A stretch of DNA of 64,000 bases from Alphaproteobacteria bacterium (GTDB taxonomy: Bacteria > Pseudomonadota > Alphaproteobacteria > UBA828). How positions within the stretch are numbered: the stretch's first letter is position 1; every line of letters starts with the position of its first letter. Location: positions 864,001-928,000 of the forward strand of contig CBDEFM010000002.1 in NCBI GenBank assembly GCA_965237415.1, given 5' to 3'. Shown here piece by piece: positions 1 to 9,623 of this stretch. A model generated the notes under the pieces. That model worked only from the letters and a program-made list of their open reading frames with translations. It was not told the origin of the DNA and ran no database searches. A program made the position numbers and the translations under genes.

Positions 1-429
1 ATAGCAGCGTTGCATCCGAGGCAGCCACACTCGTTCAGGAGCTGACCGGCGTGGTCGTTGCACAAGACCGGATAGAACCAAGACTACCGCCGCGATAATT
101 GGCGCAGCGGCAACTACACGACATTTTCGGGTTGAGTTGGCAAGGCGCATGAGGCCCGACATCGAGCGCCGTGCTCCGATTGCGTTTCTGCAGCGCTCTC
201 CCGGTGCCAGCAGGCTCGGGCCTGACCCTTTCCGCTGCCCCCCCTTACACGCAATTCTGTTGCGGCGCGGCCGGAACCGGCTCCAAGATCGACGCTGACG
301 CGCACTCCACCTAGCGTCGTGGTAAGCTATGAGCTCGGTATTGTCAGCCCGTTATGCTCCGCTTGGGTGTGTTGGGCTAGTTGTGGGCTGGCCCAAGGGC
401 GAGCCCCACAATCGCCTGATCTCAATAGG

Positions 430-549
430 TTACGAGAGAGACAAGCTCCCTCCCTCTGCCAAGGCGACGAGCTTTGAGGCGGCAGCCGCGTGCAACAGCA
501 TCTCGCCGCGATGCGCGTAAATCAGGATGTTGGTGTCTACAGCGATCAC
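430..549 (-). pseudogene. Truncated VapC PIN toxin (first ~35 codons only)
   Basis: Manual translation (M)IAVDTNILIYAHRGEMLLHAAAASKLVALAEG matches the N-terminus of the intact VapC at 5834-6286, then runs into unrelated sequence and stops. Confidence 0.8.
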
Positions 550-782
550 GCGTGGTCGATCACCTCATAGAGAGCGTCGCGGTCGGAGATGTCGACATTC
601 GGCGATGCAACGCCGGTCACCGTTTCCAACCGCAAACGAAAATCTTGCTTTTTGGCGTGTGCTTCAGCGAGCCGAGCGCGTAGTGCGTCCTCAACGAATC
701 TGGTGAGGGTGATCCCGTCCTGCGCTGCCCGTCCCTTGGCTTGGCGCAGCACTCGATCGTTCAGGTTGAGGGTGGTCTTCAT
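546..782 (-). CDS. VapB-like ribbon-helix-helix antitoxin (DUF2191 type)
   Basis: MKTTLNLNDRVLRQAKGRAA...TLTRFVEDALR, paralogous to 6283-6531; stop overlaps the GTG start of a vapC remnant. Confidence 0.8.
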   Translation of the reverse strand: MKTTLNLNDRVLRQAKGRAAQDGITLTRFVEDALRARLAEAHAKKQDFRLRLETVTGVASPNVDISDRDALYEVIDHA

Positions 783-1620
783 TACAAGGTTTCTTGCTTC
801 GGAGGCGTATGGCTCAACCATATCATGGACACTCATGCGAGTGAACGCAGGGTCGTCCGGCATAAGTGCATCGTCGAGATCGGCCCCGGCATCGTGGAAC
901 CAAGTCAGTCGGCGACACGATCCGGTGGTTCAATTGGCCCGTCGCCGAGTAAGGCGGCTATCCTCAGCCGGCTTGCGCGTCTCCGCAGCCTGCCTCTCCG
1001 CGCCGACCACCACCATGCCCTCATAGCGGCAGGCTGAGCATTTTCGCACAAATGGCGATCAGGCGATCGCAACCAGGCCGAGCAGGTCCGCCCTGGCCAC
1101 GCAGCGATGGTCACGACGCCCAACCGCTTCCCGCAAGCGACAGATTCGTCCGTGCCTCCCATGACGGAGGCGCGCGATTCCAACCGGCCTCCTCATTGCG
1201 AAGTCCCATCTGACCTCTGTCGTCTTGGACCGTTTGGGCATGAATGAAGGCTTGCCAGCGGCCAACTTGCGGTGGAAAAGGTCGTCACAGTGGCCGGATA
1301 TGTGCCGCCTTCCAGAGGCAACCGACGGCGCGACTAATCGGACGAAAGCGTGGCAACGGATACGCGGAAGCTATCGCGATGCAGTTGTGGCCGCGCGAGC
1401 GGATTCCATGGTATTAGGGTTTAGGGCGTGCCTCAACTTCCTTCCTGGTATACCCTGCAGGTTACGGCTCAATCTAAACACTCAACCATCGCACGCGGAC
1501 TAGTCGGAGGTTAAAGTGAACCTTGACTACGAACTTTGAGCTACTCCCCAATCGTTGGACAGATTTCCGGGTAAATTAAGCTACGGTCCGGACCTGCCGA
1601 TCGGGTTCATGTTCCGCTCG

Positions 1621-2487
1621 TTACGCCACCAGGGCTGTCGGGTGGAGGCCCGGGCGTGAGCCCGGGCCGGAAGCCGACAGCCTTTCTCTAAATACTCTGC
1701 CCGGCGTCTTGCCGCCATGGGCGGCATGAGGGCGCCGCTGGTTGTAGAACGCGATCCACTCGCCGATCCCCTTACGGGCTTCCTTCCCGCCCGAGAAGGC
1801 ATGCAGATAGATGCACTCGTATTTGAGCGAGCGCCACAGCCGTTCGATGAAGATGTTGTCGAGGAACCGGCCGCGCCCATCCATCGAGATGCGCACCCCG
1901 GCCTCTCTCAGCCGCTGCGTCCACGCCCAGGACGTGAACTGGCTGCCCTGGTCGGTGTTGAAGATCTCCGGCCGGCCATGGCGGCCAATCGCATCATCCA
2001 GCGCATCGATGCAGAACTGGGTGTCCATGGTGTTGGACAGCCGCCACGCCAGGACCTTGCGGCTCCACCAGTCCATGATCGCCACCAGGTACAGGAAGCC
2101 CTTCGCCAGCGGGATGTACGTAATGTCGGCGCACCACACCTGGTTGGGCCGCTCGATCGCCATCCCGCGCAGCAGGTAGGGATAGGTCTTGTGCCCCTTG
2201 ATGGGAACGCTGGTCCGCGGCGGCTGGTAGATCGGCATCAGACCCATCAGCCGCATCAGGCGGCGAACCCGCTTGATGTTCACCCGATGCCCTTCGGCCC
2301 GCAGGTGCCACATCATCTGCCGGGCGCCGTAAAACGGCGTCTCCAGAAACTGACGGTCGATCATCGCCATCAGTCCGAGGTTCTTCGCACTCTCGCCCTT
2401 TGGCACATGATAGAAGGTCGAACGGCCGATCGACGCCAGCCGACACTGCCGGACGATCGACAGGGTGGGATGGTCGGGCCGGATCAT
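1621..2487 (-). CDS. IS3 transposase OrfB (DDE integrase core), frameshift partner of OrfA
   Basis: [31 protein letters not shown] motifs. Confidence 0.9.
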   Translation of the reverse strand: MIRPDHPTLSIVRQCRLASIGRSTFYHVPKGESAKNLGLMAMIDRQFLETPFYGARQMMWHLRAEGHRVNIKRVRRLMRLMGLMPIYQPPRTSVPIKGHKTYPYLLRGMAIERPNQVWCADITYIPLAKGFLYLVAIMDWWSRKVLAWRLSNTMDTQFCIDALDDAIGRHGRPEIFNTDQGSQFTSWAWTQRLREAGVRISMDGRGRFLDNIFIERLWRSLKYECIYLHAFSGGKEARKGIGEWIAFYNQRRPHAAHGGKTPGRVFRERLSASGPGSRPGLHPTALVA

Positions 2488-2792
2488 CGCCTTGCGCTCC
2501 TGTCGGGAAGCAGACGCAGCCCGTGTTCCAAAAAATCCCGTTCTACCGTCAGCTCGCCGATCTTGGCATGGAGATCCTTGATCCGACCGGCGTCCGCCTC
2601 CGGGTCGGCGTGCTTGCGACCACGCTGGAAGATGTCCGCCGCCCCTTCGAGCAGCGCTTTCTTCCACTGATGAATCATTGTCGGGTGAACGCCAAACCGG
2701 CTCGCCAGCTCGGCAACCGTCTGCTCGCCCTTCAAAGCCTCCAGCGCCACCCGAGCCTTGAACTCGGCCTTGTGCTGCTTCCGCTTCGTCAT
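2484..2792 (-). CDS. IS3 transposase OrfA (HTH)
   Basis: [42 protein letters not shown]. Confidence 0.9.
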   Translation of the reverse strand: MTKRKQHKAEFKARVALEALKGEQTVAELASRFGVHPTMIHQWKKALLEGAADIFQRGRKHADPEADAGRIKDLHAKIGELTVERDFLEHGLRLLPDRSARR

Positions 2793-3334
2793 CGCTGATC
2801 TCCTCTCGTCGAAGATCAGCAGACACCAAGTCCCTAGCTCGCGTCACTGTCCGATTTCCGGGGAGTAGCTCACTTCTAGAAAGTATCTTGCGGCACATAA
2901 GGGACGTTGGGGATGGTCAAGAGCGCCAAAGCGTTACCCGTAACACATACGCCAACTCCCCAATTCAGATTGCGTCATTGTGCGACTCTTTTGATGTCCT
3001 CGCCTATCACTTTGATATTTTGGTTGATAACGACTTCATTGACGGTCAAGTTACACGAACAGCCTTAGGTGGCCACAGACCTTTCTCGATTGTTAGCTTT
3101 TTCAATCTTACACTCCAGGGACACCAATTGCTGGAAAGCATGGAAAACCAATCTACATGGAATCAAATCAAGGTTAGAGCTTATCAACTTGGGATCGAGG
3201 GATTGAAGCAAGTTCCGGGCTTGGCCATTTCCTTGATTGCCGGCTCTAACTCCCAGTGAGTCATAGGCAACCATTCGCAGACTCGGGGATCATATCGTCA
3301 ATATGACAGAGTGGGGCATTGAGCGGCAGTAGAG

Positions 3335-3886
3335 CTACCGCATTCTCATCACCGAGTTTCTGACAATTTTGGCGGTGCTCAGCCCGAGACCCATATCAAT
3401 GCACAGCTTCAGAAATTCCTCGGCCGCATCCCATCTAGAGAGGTGGTACTCGCGGGCAAGATCCCGCGCGCATTTGGCGATCGGCACGATATCACTCGAC
3501 GTGACCCACTTAGGACTACCAACCCTCTCCTCGAACTTCGCTATCAGCGGTTCGGGAAGGTCGGCTCCGTAAAGAAAGTACCGCAGGTAGGGGAGAAAGT
3601 GTGGGTGCGTGTAGATGTCCCGGCCCGTGCATCCATTCCGTTCGAATGCGCCCTTGTGAGATGTCTTGCCCCGCCCCACGAAGTAGGCTGGGTTATTCCA
3701 GTAGCTCAGTCGTTCTCTTGGTATTGCTTTACGATCATGCAGAGATTTGAGGAGCGCCGGGATGGACCTGTCATTCGCAACATAGGCTTTGCGTGCCTCA
3801 TTGTCTCTCAGAAGCCACGGGGTCAGGTTGATGGCTTCAAGAAGCGCCTTTTCTTCGTCGATCAGCTCGATGTGATATTTGATCAT
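3335..3886 (-). CDS. Hypothetical protein (183 aa)
   Basis: Protein-like composition, AT-richer island region; no family recognised. Confidence 0.6.
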   Translation of the reverse strand: MIKYHIELIDEEKALLEAINLTPWLLRDNEARKAYVANDRSIPALLKSLHDRKAIPRERLSYWNNPAYFVGRGKTSHKGAFERNGCTGRDIYTHPHFLPYLRYFLYGADLPEPLIAKFEERVGSPKWVTSSDIVPIAKCARDLAREYHLSRWDAAEEFLKLCIDMGLGLSTAKIVRNSVMRMR

Positions 3887-4379
3887 TTCTGCGAACTCAG
3901 AGGATGTCGCCGACTCACTCGAAGATAACCATCACTTCGCACCGGGCAGTGGACGCCCTCGCAGAGGCTTACGACGTCGTTCCAAACGGCCACCATGAGA
4001 CGTGCCTGGGAGTGCCTCCTCCCTCGTGCGCACGGCTCGGTTCCACCACCCAAACGAGCAATAGCCGTTCCGGCTCTCGTCATGACATGACGTCGCAAAC
4101 GGGTCAACTATCCCGGAGTGTCTCGACGAATGGTGGATCTGCCTGCACGCGCCTCACTCGTGGGCTTCACAACTGTTCGGGACATAGCCTTCCGGAATTT
4201 CCACCCAGTACAATCAAGGACGCATCCAGGATGCTCAGCTCAAGGCGCCAGGCAGTCGAATTCATAGCCTTCCTTCCGCGCTCTTCCTCCTGCCGGAGCC
4301 ACTTGCAGACATCCGCAAAAGGCTGTTCCAGAATGCGTTCGGCCTCGTGCCCGGCACGAGTTCAATATGGAGATCAACA

Positions 4380-4766
4380 ATGAACGAAAATCGGACAAGG
4401 CTGACACACTCAACTTTAGAGCGTCGCCGCCAAATGGTTGAGCCTGCAGATTTTTTCATCAAAGGCTCCCTGACGGTCTCTATATCCGGCTTCATTCTGG
4501 TGAAGTCATCCGAAATGTTTTCACAGGGCACTCTGTGGCTCGCCGTGGGATTTTTCATGGTGCTTGCATCGATATCTATCTTGTCTCTGGGCCTGACCGC
4601 CTTGGCGAGTTCCGCGTCCGCTTTCCAGGCGTTGCTGTCAAGCGACCCCCCAAAACGTGGATTCAGCGAACTTGCAAAGAAATGCTTTTCCTGGTTGTTT
4701 GCGATCCTGGTCGCCGCCACCCTCATAGGTCTTTTCCGCAGCATGGGGTTCCTAATGTTGCCATGA
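4380..4766 (+). CDS. Hypothetical membrane protein (about 3 TM segments)
   Basis: GGAGA RBS before ATG 4380; hydrophobic stretches. Confidence 0.55.
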   Translation: MNENRTRLTHSTLERRRQMVEPADFFIKGSLTVSISGFILVKSSEMFSQGTLWLAVGFFMVLASISILSLGLTALASSASAFQALLSSDPPKRGFSELAKKCFSWLFAILVAATLIGLFRSMGFLMLP

Positions 4767-4779
4767 ACAACCCCATACG

Positions 4780-5150
4780 AGTACGGCCGCGCCTCGCTAT
4801 GACGTGGCAGCCTAATCTATGCTCCAAAAGCGCTTCCTTCAACACTGACGTCTCGGCCAACGCTCCTGAGCGTTCGTGCAGATCGCGCCATTTCACGAAC
4901 AGTGTCCCCATTGCTGCGAACACCCCTCTCGAATGCCGGGAAACACCCACGGTAGCTCGGTGTGTACTCTCAGCGCTCCCGACATCTACTGCTCGAGGCG
5001 TCCTCTCGTCCGCACTGGTAGCCGATCGAACGATTCCAGTAGGTCGTGGTACTTCGGGGACGTGCCCGCTTCGCGCATGTACAGGAGTTTGAGCGCGACT
5101 TCAGATGCGAGCCCCAACAGTGTCGGGACCACGATAATCACGCTGTGAAA
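4780..5150 (-). pseudogene. Degraded HEPN-like gene
   Basis: Manual translation TLLGLASEVALKLLYMREAGTSPKYHDLLESFDRLP followed by a stop and frameshift; resembles the HEPN ExxLK...HDL pattern. Confidence 0.4.
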
Positions 5151-5558
5151 CAGCAGAGACTCCGTCGGCTCTTGGTCAGTGTCGGCATCCAGGTAAATGG
5201 CGACGCGAACAGGGCCCTGGAGTTCTCCGTCACTCCGTGGTCATTACGTTTTTCACCTCGGTACGTGCCGCGCGTCATGTGCGTGCTGCTTCGGCGGTCG
5301 GGTGAGTCTGGTGCCAACGGGCAACCGTCCAGGACGGCCCCGACAACCTACCCCGCTTCCGAGAAATCGTGGAACTCGTGCTGAATAAGATGAATTCGAC
5401 GGGCAGGCGCAGAGGTGGTCCAGAACGGCGCCCAGATTTTGGGCACAATCGTTACGAACATGCTTACCCAAAGTCGGGAAGAGCGAACAAATGTAGTTTA
5501 GAATAACAAGTTGGTAATAGTCACAACCTGAGCGTCCAGCAGGAGCATAGCCGTCATC

Positions 5559-5816
5559 TCAGTCGAAAGATGGCGGCTCACGGGCGGGTTCGCGCGGCAG
5601 CAACTCCAAGTCGACGCCGTTGGTCCGCTCGAAGTGCCCATGCATGATGCTCGCCAAGCTCTTGCAGTTCGGCTTGTGACCAGCGGTGTCGCGCAGGCTC
5701 AGCCGGGCTTGCTCTTCCATGGAGCGGCCGTTGCCTGCCGCCCGCACACGAAGCCGGCTCTTCACCTCGTCGTCAGCATTGCGGATTGTGCCTCTCACCA
5801 TCTCCTCTGCCTCCAA
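5559..5816 (-). pseudogene. Orphan FitA/StbC-like (Arc-type) antitoxin, N-terminus degenerate
   Basis: TIRNADDEVKSRLRVRAAGNGRSMEEQAR...GVDLELLPREPAREPPSFD; no cognate PIN toxin downstream. Confidence 0.7.
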
Positions 5817-5833
5817 AGCACTTCGGTCGGCGC

Positions 5834-6286
5834 CTACCTCACCCCTCGGCTCACATCGAAAGGGTCATGTGTCGACAGTTCCGGAAAGAGGGAAAAATCC
5901 CGATCCCGCGTGAACAGCGCCTCCACGCCATGCGCTACGCACACCGCAGCGATGCGAGCATCGTGAACCACTCCGCCGACGACGTGCGGTCGATTGACGA
6001 ACCTCTGCAACACCTCCGTGAAATCGTCCGTCTCGCCGATCATGCGGTTGGAAGGCGACATTGCCCAAGCCTGGAACTGCCGCCACGCATGTTCCGGCCT
6101 CGTTGCTTCGTCCTTCCAGATGCGCCGGTTCGTCACGACGCTCAGGAACTCGTAGCAGCATGGCCACGGAATGGCCCAGACGCGGTCTCCTTCCGCAAGT
6201 TTGGTCATCACCGCGTGCGCCGCGTTTCCCAAGCGCGATTCGCGGCGGTGCGCATAGACCAACACGTTGGTGTCTACGGCGATCAC
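5834..6286 (-). CDS. vapC: VapC-family PIN ribonuclease toxin
   Basis: MIAVDTNVLVYAH, YEFLSVVT, VHDARIAA, LFTRDRDF. Confidence 0.9.
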   Translation of the reverse strand: MIAVDTNVLVYAHRRESRLGNAAHAVMTKLAEGDRVWAIPWPCCYEFLSVVTNRRIWKDEATRPEHAWRQFQAWAMSPSNRMIGETDDFTEVLQRFVNRPHVVGGVVHDARIAAVCVAHGVEALFTRDRDFSLFPELSTHDPFDVSRGVR

Positions 6287-6531
6287 CGTGAACCGGGATC
6301 GCCGTAGATCATTTCGCGCAACTCCGGCCAGGAGTACCGTTCCAGCGGATCGGCCGCTTGCGGGTCACCCGCTCTCAGATCAGCCAGCTTGTATCCCCCG
6401 CGAGGCCTCACGGACGCGAGCACGCAACGAAGCCCGTCCTCGACCACGGCGCGCAGCGGGCGCCCCGTTTCCTTGGCATGACGCTTGGCTCGCGTGAGCA
6501 ATTCGTCGTGGATGTCCAGCGTCGTCTTCAT
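6283..6531 (-). CDS. VapB-like antitoxin (DUF2191 type)
   Basis: MKTTLDIHDELLTRAKRHA; 4-nt overlap with vapC. Confidence 0.85.
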   Translation of the reverse strand: MKTTLDIHDELLTRAKRHAKETGRPLRAVVEDGLRCVLASVRPRGGYKLADLRAGDPQAADPLERYSWPELREMIYGDPGSR

Positions 6532-6721
6532 TGCCCCATACTAACCATATTGACCGATATGGGAAGACATGTCTCACCAGCAATGCGTTCTGAATCCGCA
6601 TACCGGTCCGCGCTCTTGAACATGAACTAATTACTCTCGCCACCAACTCCTCCATCGCGAGGCGCAAAGCAACCTAATCGAAGAGTGCTACCAGCACCGC
6701 CCAGAAACCGACAGACGCGCA

Positions 6722-7897
6722 TTACCCGTGCAGCCGCACCACCTCCGCATCCGTGCCGGTCAAGTATGCCGCCCACTGATCCATCAGCAGCCGGCGTCTC
6801 TCGAACAGGTCCGAGCGGAAATACGCTCCTTCGACGCCGCCGACGGTATGCGCCAGCGCCGCTTCCGCAAGCTCGCGTGGCTTGCCGGTCTCGGCGCACC
6901 AGTCCCGGAAGCTCGACCGGAAGCCATGGACGACGGTTTTCTCGGCGAATCCCGTCGTCCGCAGGAGCTTGGTGAACGCCATGTCCGAGAGCGGCCGGCC
7001 CCGCTTCACCGGCGACGGGAAGACCAGCCCGGAATCGTCGCGCAACGGCCTGGCCTGTTCCAGCACGGCCATGGCCGCATCGCTCAACGGAATGCGATGA
7101 GGATGCCCGGCCTTCATGCGCTCCCCCGGTATCCGCCATTCCCGCTCCTCCTCGTGTATTTCCTCCCAGGCGGCTCCCCTCGCCTCTCCCGACCGCGCAG
7201 CCGTCAGGATGAGGAAGCGGAAACAGAGCTTGCTCGCCACGACCGCCCTGGTCGACTCCACGGCCTCGAGCGCATTCGCCACCTCGCCGTAGGGAAGCGC
7301 GCGGAAGTGTCGCTTGACGGCGGGCATGGTCGGCAGCGCGCCGTCGATCGCATCGCCGGCGGGGTTCGAATCGACGAACCCGTGCGCTTCGGCCCAGCGC
7401 AGCGTCGCCCGTATGCGCTGGCGCAGCTTGCGGGCGACTTCTGGCTTTCTGGTCCAGATCGGCGTGAGCACGCGCAGCACGTCCTCGCGTCCGATGTGGT
7501 CCACCAGCATCTCGCCCATGACCGGGAATGCGTGGCGCTCCAGTTGCTGGAGCCAGTTCTTCGCGACCTTGTCGTTGCGCCAACGGGGCCGGTTCGCCTC
7601 GAACGTCTGCATTGCGGCTTCCTGGAACGTCGGCATGTTGGCCTTTCGCTTTTCGGCGAGCGGGTCGCCGCCGCGCCGCGCAAGCCGGCGGTTCTCGAAC
7701 GCCATTTCCCGCGCCTCGGTGAGTGTCCTCAGCGGCCAGCCGCCCAGGCCGATATCGCGCCGCCTGCCGTGGACGGCGAGGCGCTGGATCCAGGATTTCG
7801 ATCCGCCGGGTGACACGCGCAAGTAGAGCGTTCCCCCGTCGCCGTACATTCCGGGCTCCGACAGCGCCCGCATTTTCGCGACGGTCAGCTTTCCCAT
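6722..7897 (-). CDS. P4-like tyrosine integrase (arm-binding domain + catalytic domain)
   Basis: GMYGDGGTLYLRV, LTAARSGE, HGFRSSFRDW, LAH, AYFR catalytic residues; adjacent to tRNA 3' end. Confidence 0.95.
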   Translation of the reverse strand: MGKLTVAKMRALSEPGMYGDGGTLYLRVSPGGSKSWIQRLAVHGRRRDIGLGGWPLRTLTEAREMAFENRRLARRGGDPLAEKRKANMPTFQEAAMQTFEANRPRWRNDKVAKNWLQQLERHAFPVMGEMLVDHIGREDVLRVLTPIWTRKPEVARKLRQRIRATLRWAEAHGFVDSNPAGDAIDGALPTMPAVKRHFRALPYGEVANALEAVESTRAVVASKLCFRFLILTAARSGEARGAAWEEIHEEEREWRIPGERMKAGHPHRIPLSDAAMAVLEQARPLRDDSGLVFPSPVKRGRPLSDMAFTKLLRTTGFAEKTVVHGFRSSFRDWCAETGKPRELAEAALAHTVGGVEGAYFRSDLFERRRLLMDQWAAYLTGTDAEVVRLHG

Positions 7898-7918
7898 GTC
7901 TCGATGACCTCCTCGATC

Positions 7919-7975
7919 GAACGTGGGGAAAGCGATGCTGCCCCACGTTCTCACCAACGCAAACGTGGGGAAACT
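7919..7975. repeat. Putative integrase arm-type sites (AACGTGGGGAAA x2 plus inverted CCCCACGTT)
   Basis: Two direct copies and one inverted copy between integrase start and tRNA. Confidence 0.55.
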
Positions 7976-8073
7976 ACATGAACTGCCCGGAACGGTCAAG
8001 AACGATTTTTGAGGCTACATCATTGATATAAAGGACTTATTCGGACTTTTCTGGAACTCTCTGGAAGAAGGAT

Positions 8074-8149
8074 TGGTGCCGCAGGAGAGACTCGAACTCC
8101 CGACCCATGCATTACGAATGCATTGCTCTACCGGCTGAGCTACTGCGGC
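8074..8149 (-). tRNA. tRNA-Thr(CGT)
   Basis: GCCGCAGTAGCTCAGCCGGTAGAGC...ATGCA-TTCGTAA-TGCAT...GTTCGAGTCTCTCCTGCGGCACCA, 76 nt. Confidence 0.97.
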
Positions 8150-8234
8150 CCGATCCTGCGCCGGACTATCCTCAAGGTACGCTGCGTTGTAAAGGCGCCA
8201 ATGGCGGGCCGTGGGCTTTAACCCCTACCCGCGG

Positions 8235-9623
8235 CTAACCCGCGGCGGAACTGGCGGCAGCCGGCGCTGAGGGCACGTCGGCATCTTCCTCCGCCTCCGA
8301 CAGAGGGGTATCCGCAGGCAGAGCGCTCGTCTCGGCCCGAGGCAGGGCGCGCCACTCGATCGAATCGAACGCGCCGCATCGGTCGCAGACGATGGACCAT
8401 GCGGGGCTCGCGCTGGCGCAGCGGGTGCAGAGCCAGCCTGGATCGGGCGGCGCTTCGCTCGCCTGCTGGAGGCGCCGCCGGACCGCCTCCCCGTCCCCCG
8501 TCTCGGCCTCTTCGAGGCGCGAGAGCAGGCGGTAGACGCCGGCCGTGGGGCGCTCGGCGGCGGCGCGCTCCAGGTACCGGCGCGCCGTACCCCACTGCTT
8601 GGCGTCGAGCGCCTGGCGCGCGAGCAGCATATCGCTTTCCGCGTGATTACTGTTGTCGGCGACGAGCTTCTCGACCCGCTTCAGCCGCTCCGCGGCGGTG
8701 CGGTCCGCGTGAAGCGCGAGGAAGAGCCGGCCGAGCGCCGGGTGTGGGCAGTGGCGCCAGGCCTCCGCGACTGCTCGCTGCGCCGCGTTATCGCGGCCCG
8801 CTTCCTTGGCGAGGCCGGCGCCCAGCAGCGCCGCAGGAAGAAAGGACACATCCGCCGCCCGCGCCTCGTCGGCGATGCGGAGCGCCTCCCTGACCTCGCC
8901 CTGCTCACGCAACGCCCGGGCGCGCTCGAAGAGCAATCCGGCCTGACGGCGACGCCCGACCTTCTCGCTCACCGCGCTGTGGCGAATGGCCTGCTTGACC
9001 GTGCCCAGCGCATCCGACCAGCGACCCGCGCGAGTCTGCAGCTCCAGCAGCGCCGTCAACACCCAGGGCGTCTCGGGCCTGAGCGCGAAGGCGCGCTCCG
9101 CAAGCTCCAAAGCCCGCGCGGTGTCGCCGGTGCGCTCGGCCTGAACGAGCAGGCCGCGCAGCCCGAGAAACGCCGTCGCCGGTTGATCGAGCATGGCCTC
9201 GAAGTAACCGCGCGCGGCGTGGTCGTCGCCCTCGAGCTGCGCCGCCTGGGCGGAAAGCAGCAGCGTCAGCGGCGGCTCGTCCAACATCAGGTTGGCGCGC
9301 CGTGCGAGTCGGCGTGCGCGCTTGGGATCGCCCGCCGCTGCGGCAACCAGCCCTTGCGTCAGCGCCCGATAGCCCAGACGCTCGCGGCGGCGGCGGCGCG
9401 CCAGCGCGATACGGCGAGGGCCGATCCAGACGAAACGCACGACGGCGGCGATCACAAGGACAACAGCCGCGGCCACGGCAATCGCCGCCGCCAGGACACC
9501 GGGCGAGCTCTCGACCATATAGTCGCCCCAGGCTATCTCGACGCGGCCGGGCGGCTCCGAAATCCAGGTCGCGACCGCCGCGACGACAATCACCGCGACG
9601 ACGAAGGCGATGATGCGAATCAT
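8235..9623 (-). CDS. hemY: HemY-like TPR membrane protein
   Basis: N-terminal TM, PGRVEIAWGDY, TPR repeats, C-terminal CxxC...CxxC; syntenic with hemCD. Confidence 0.85.
   Translation of the reverse strand: MIRIIAFVVAVIVVAAVATWISEPPGRVEIAWGDYMVESSPGVLAAAIAVAAAVVLVIAAVVRFVWIGPRRIALARRRRRERLGYRALTQGLVAAAAGDPKRARRLARRANLMLDEPPLTLLLSAQAAQLEGDDHAARGYFEAMLDQPATAFLGLRGLLVQAERTGDTARALELAERAFALRPETPWVLTALLELQTRAGRWSDALGTVKQAIRHSAVSEKVGRRRQAGLLFERARALREQGEVREALRIADEARAADVSFLPAALLGAGLAKEAGRDNAAQRAVAEAWRHCPHPALGRLFLALHADRTAAERLKRVEKLVADNSNHAESDMLLARQALDAKQWGTARRYLERAAAERPTAGVYRLLSRLEEAETGDGEAVRRRLQQASEAPPDPGWLCTRCASASPAWSIVCDRCGAFDSIEWRALPRAETSALPADTPLSEAEEDADVPSAPAAASSAAG

Larger units (their letters stand above)
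1537..2872 (-). mobile_element. IS3-family insertion sequence, complete
   Basis: Terminal inverted repeats TGAGCTACTCCC / GGGAGTAGCTCA; 3-bp target duplication CTT (1534-1536, 2873-2875); orfA/orfB with GGATTTTTT slippery site near 2529-2537. Confidence 0.95.
1516..3259 (+). pseudogene. DUF2513-like gene split by IS3 after codon 7
   Basis: GGAGG RBS then GTG at 1516; removing the IS gives (M)NLDYELLESILRHIRD...LTLQGHQLLESMENQSTWNQIK, resembling DUF2513. Confidence 0.7.

Noticed and set aside
420-463. tRNA gene or tRNA-Thr att duplicate (CCCTCCCTCTGCCA)
   Set aside because: No cloverleaf or TTCGA loop, no match to the tRNA-Thr 3' end, and CCCTCTGCCA is the reverse strand of vapC codons
860-1500. 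Short ORFs between the antitoxin and IS3
   Set aside because: No coherent reading frame or family motif; likely decayed sequence
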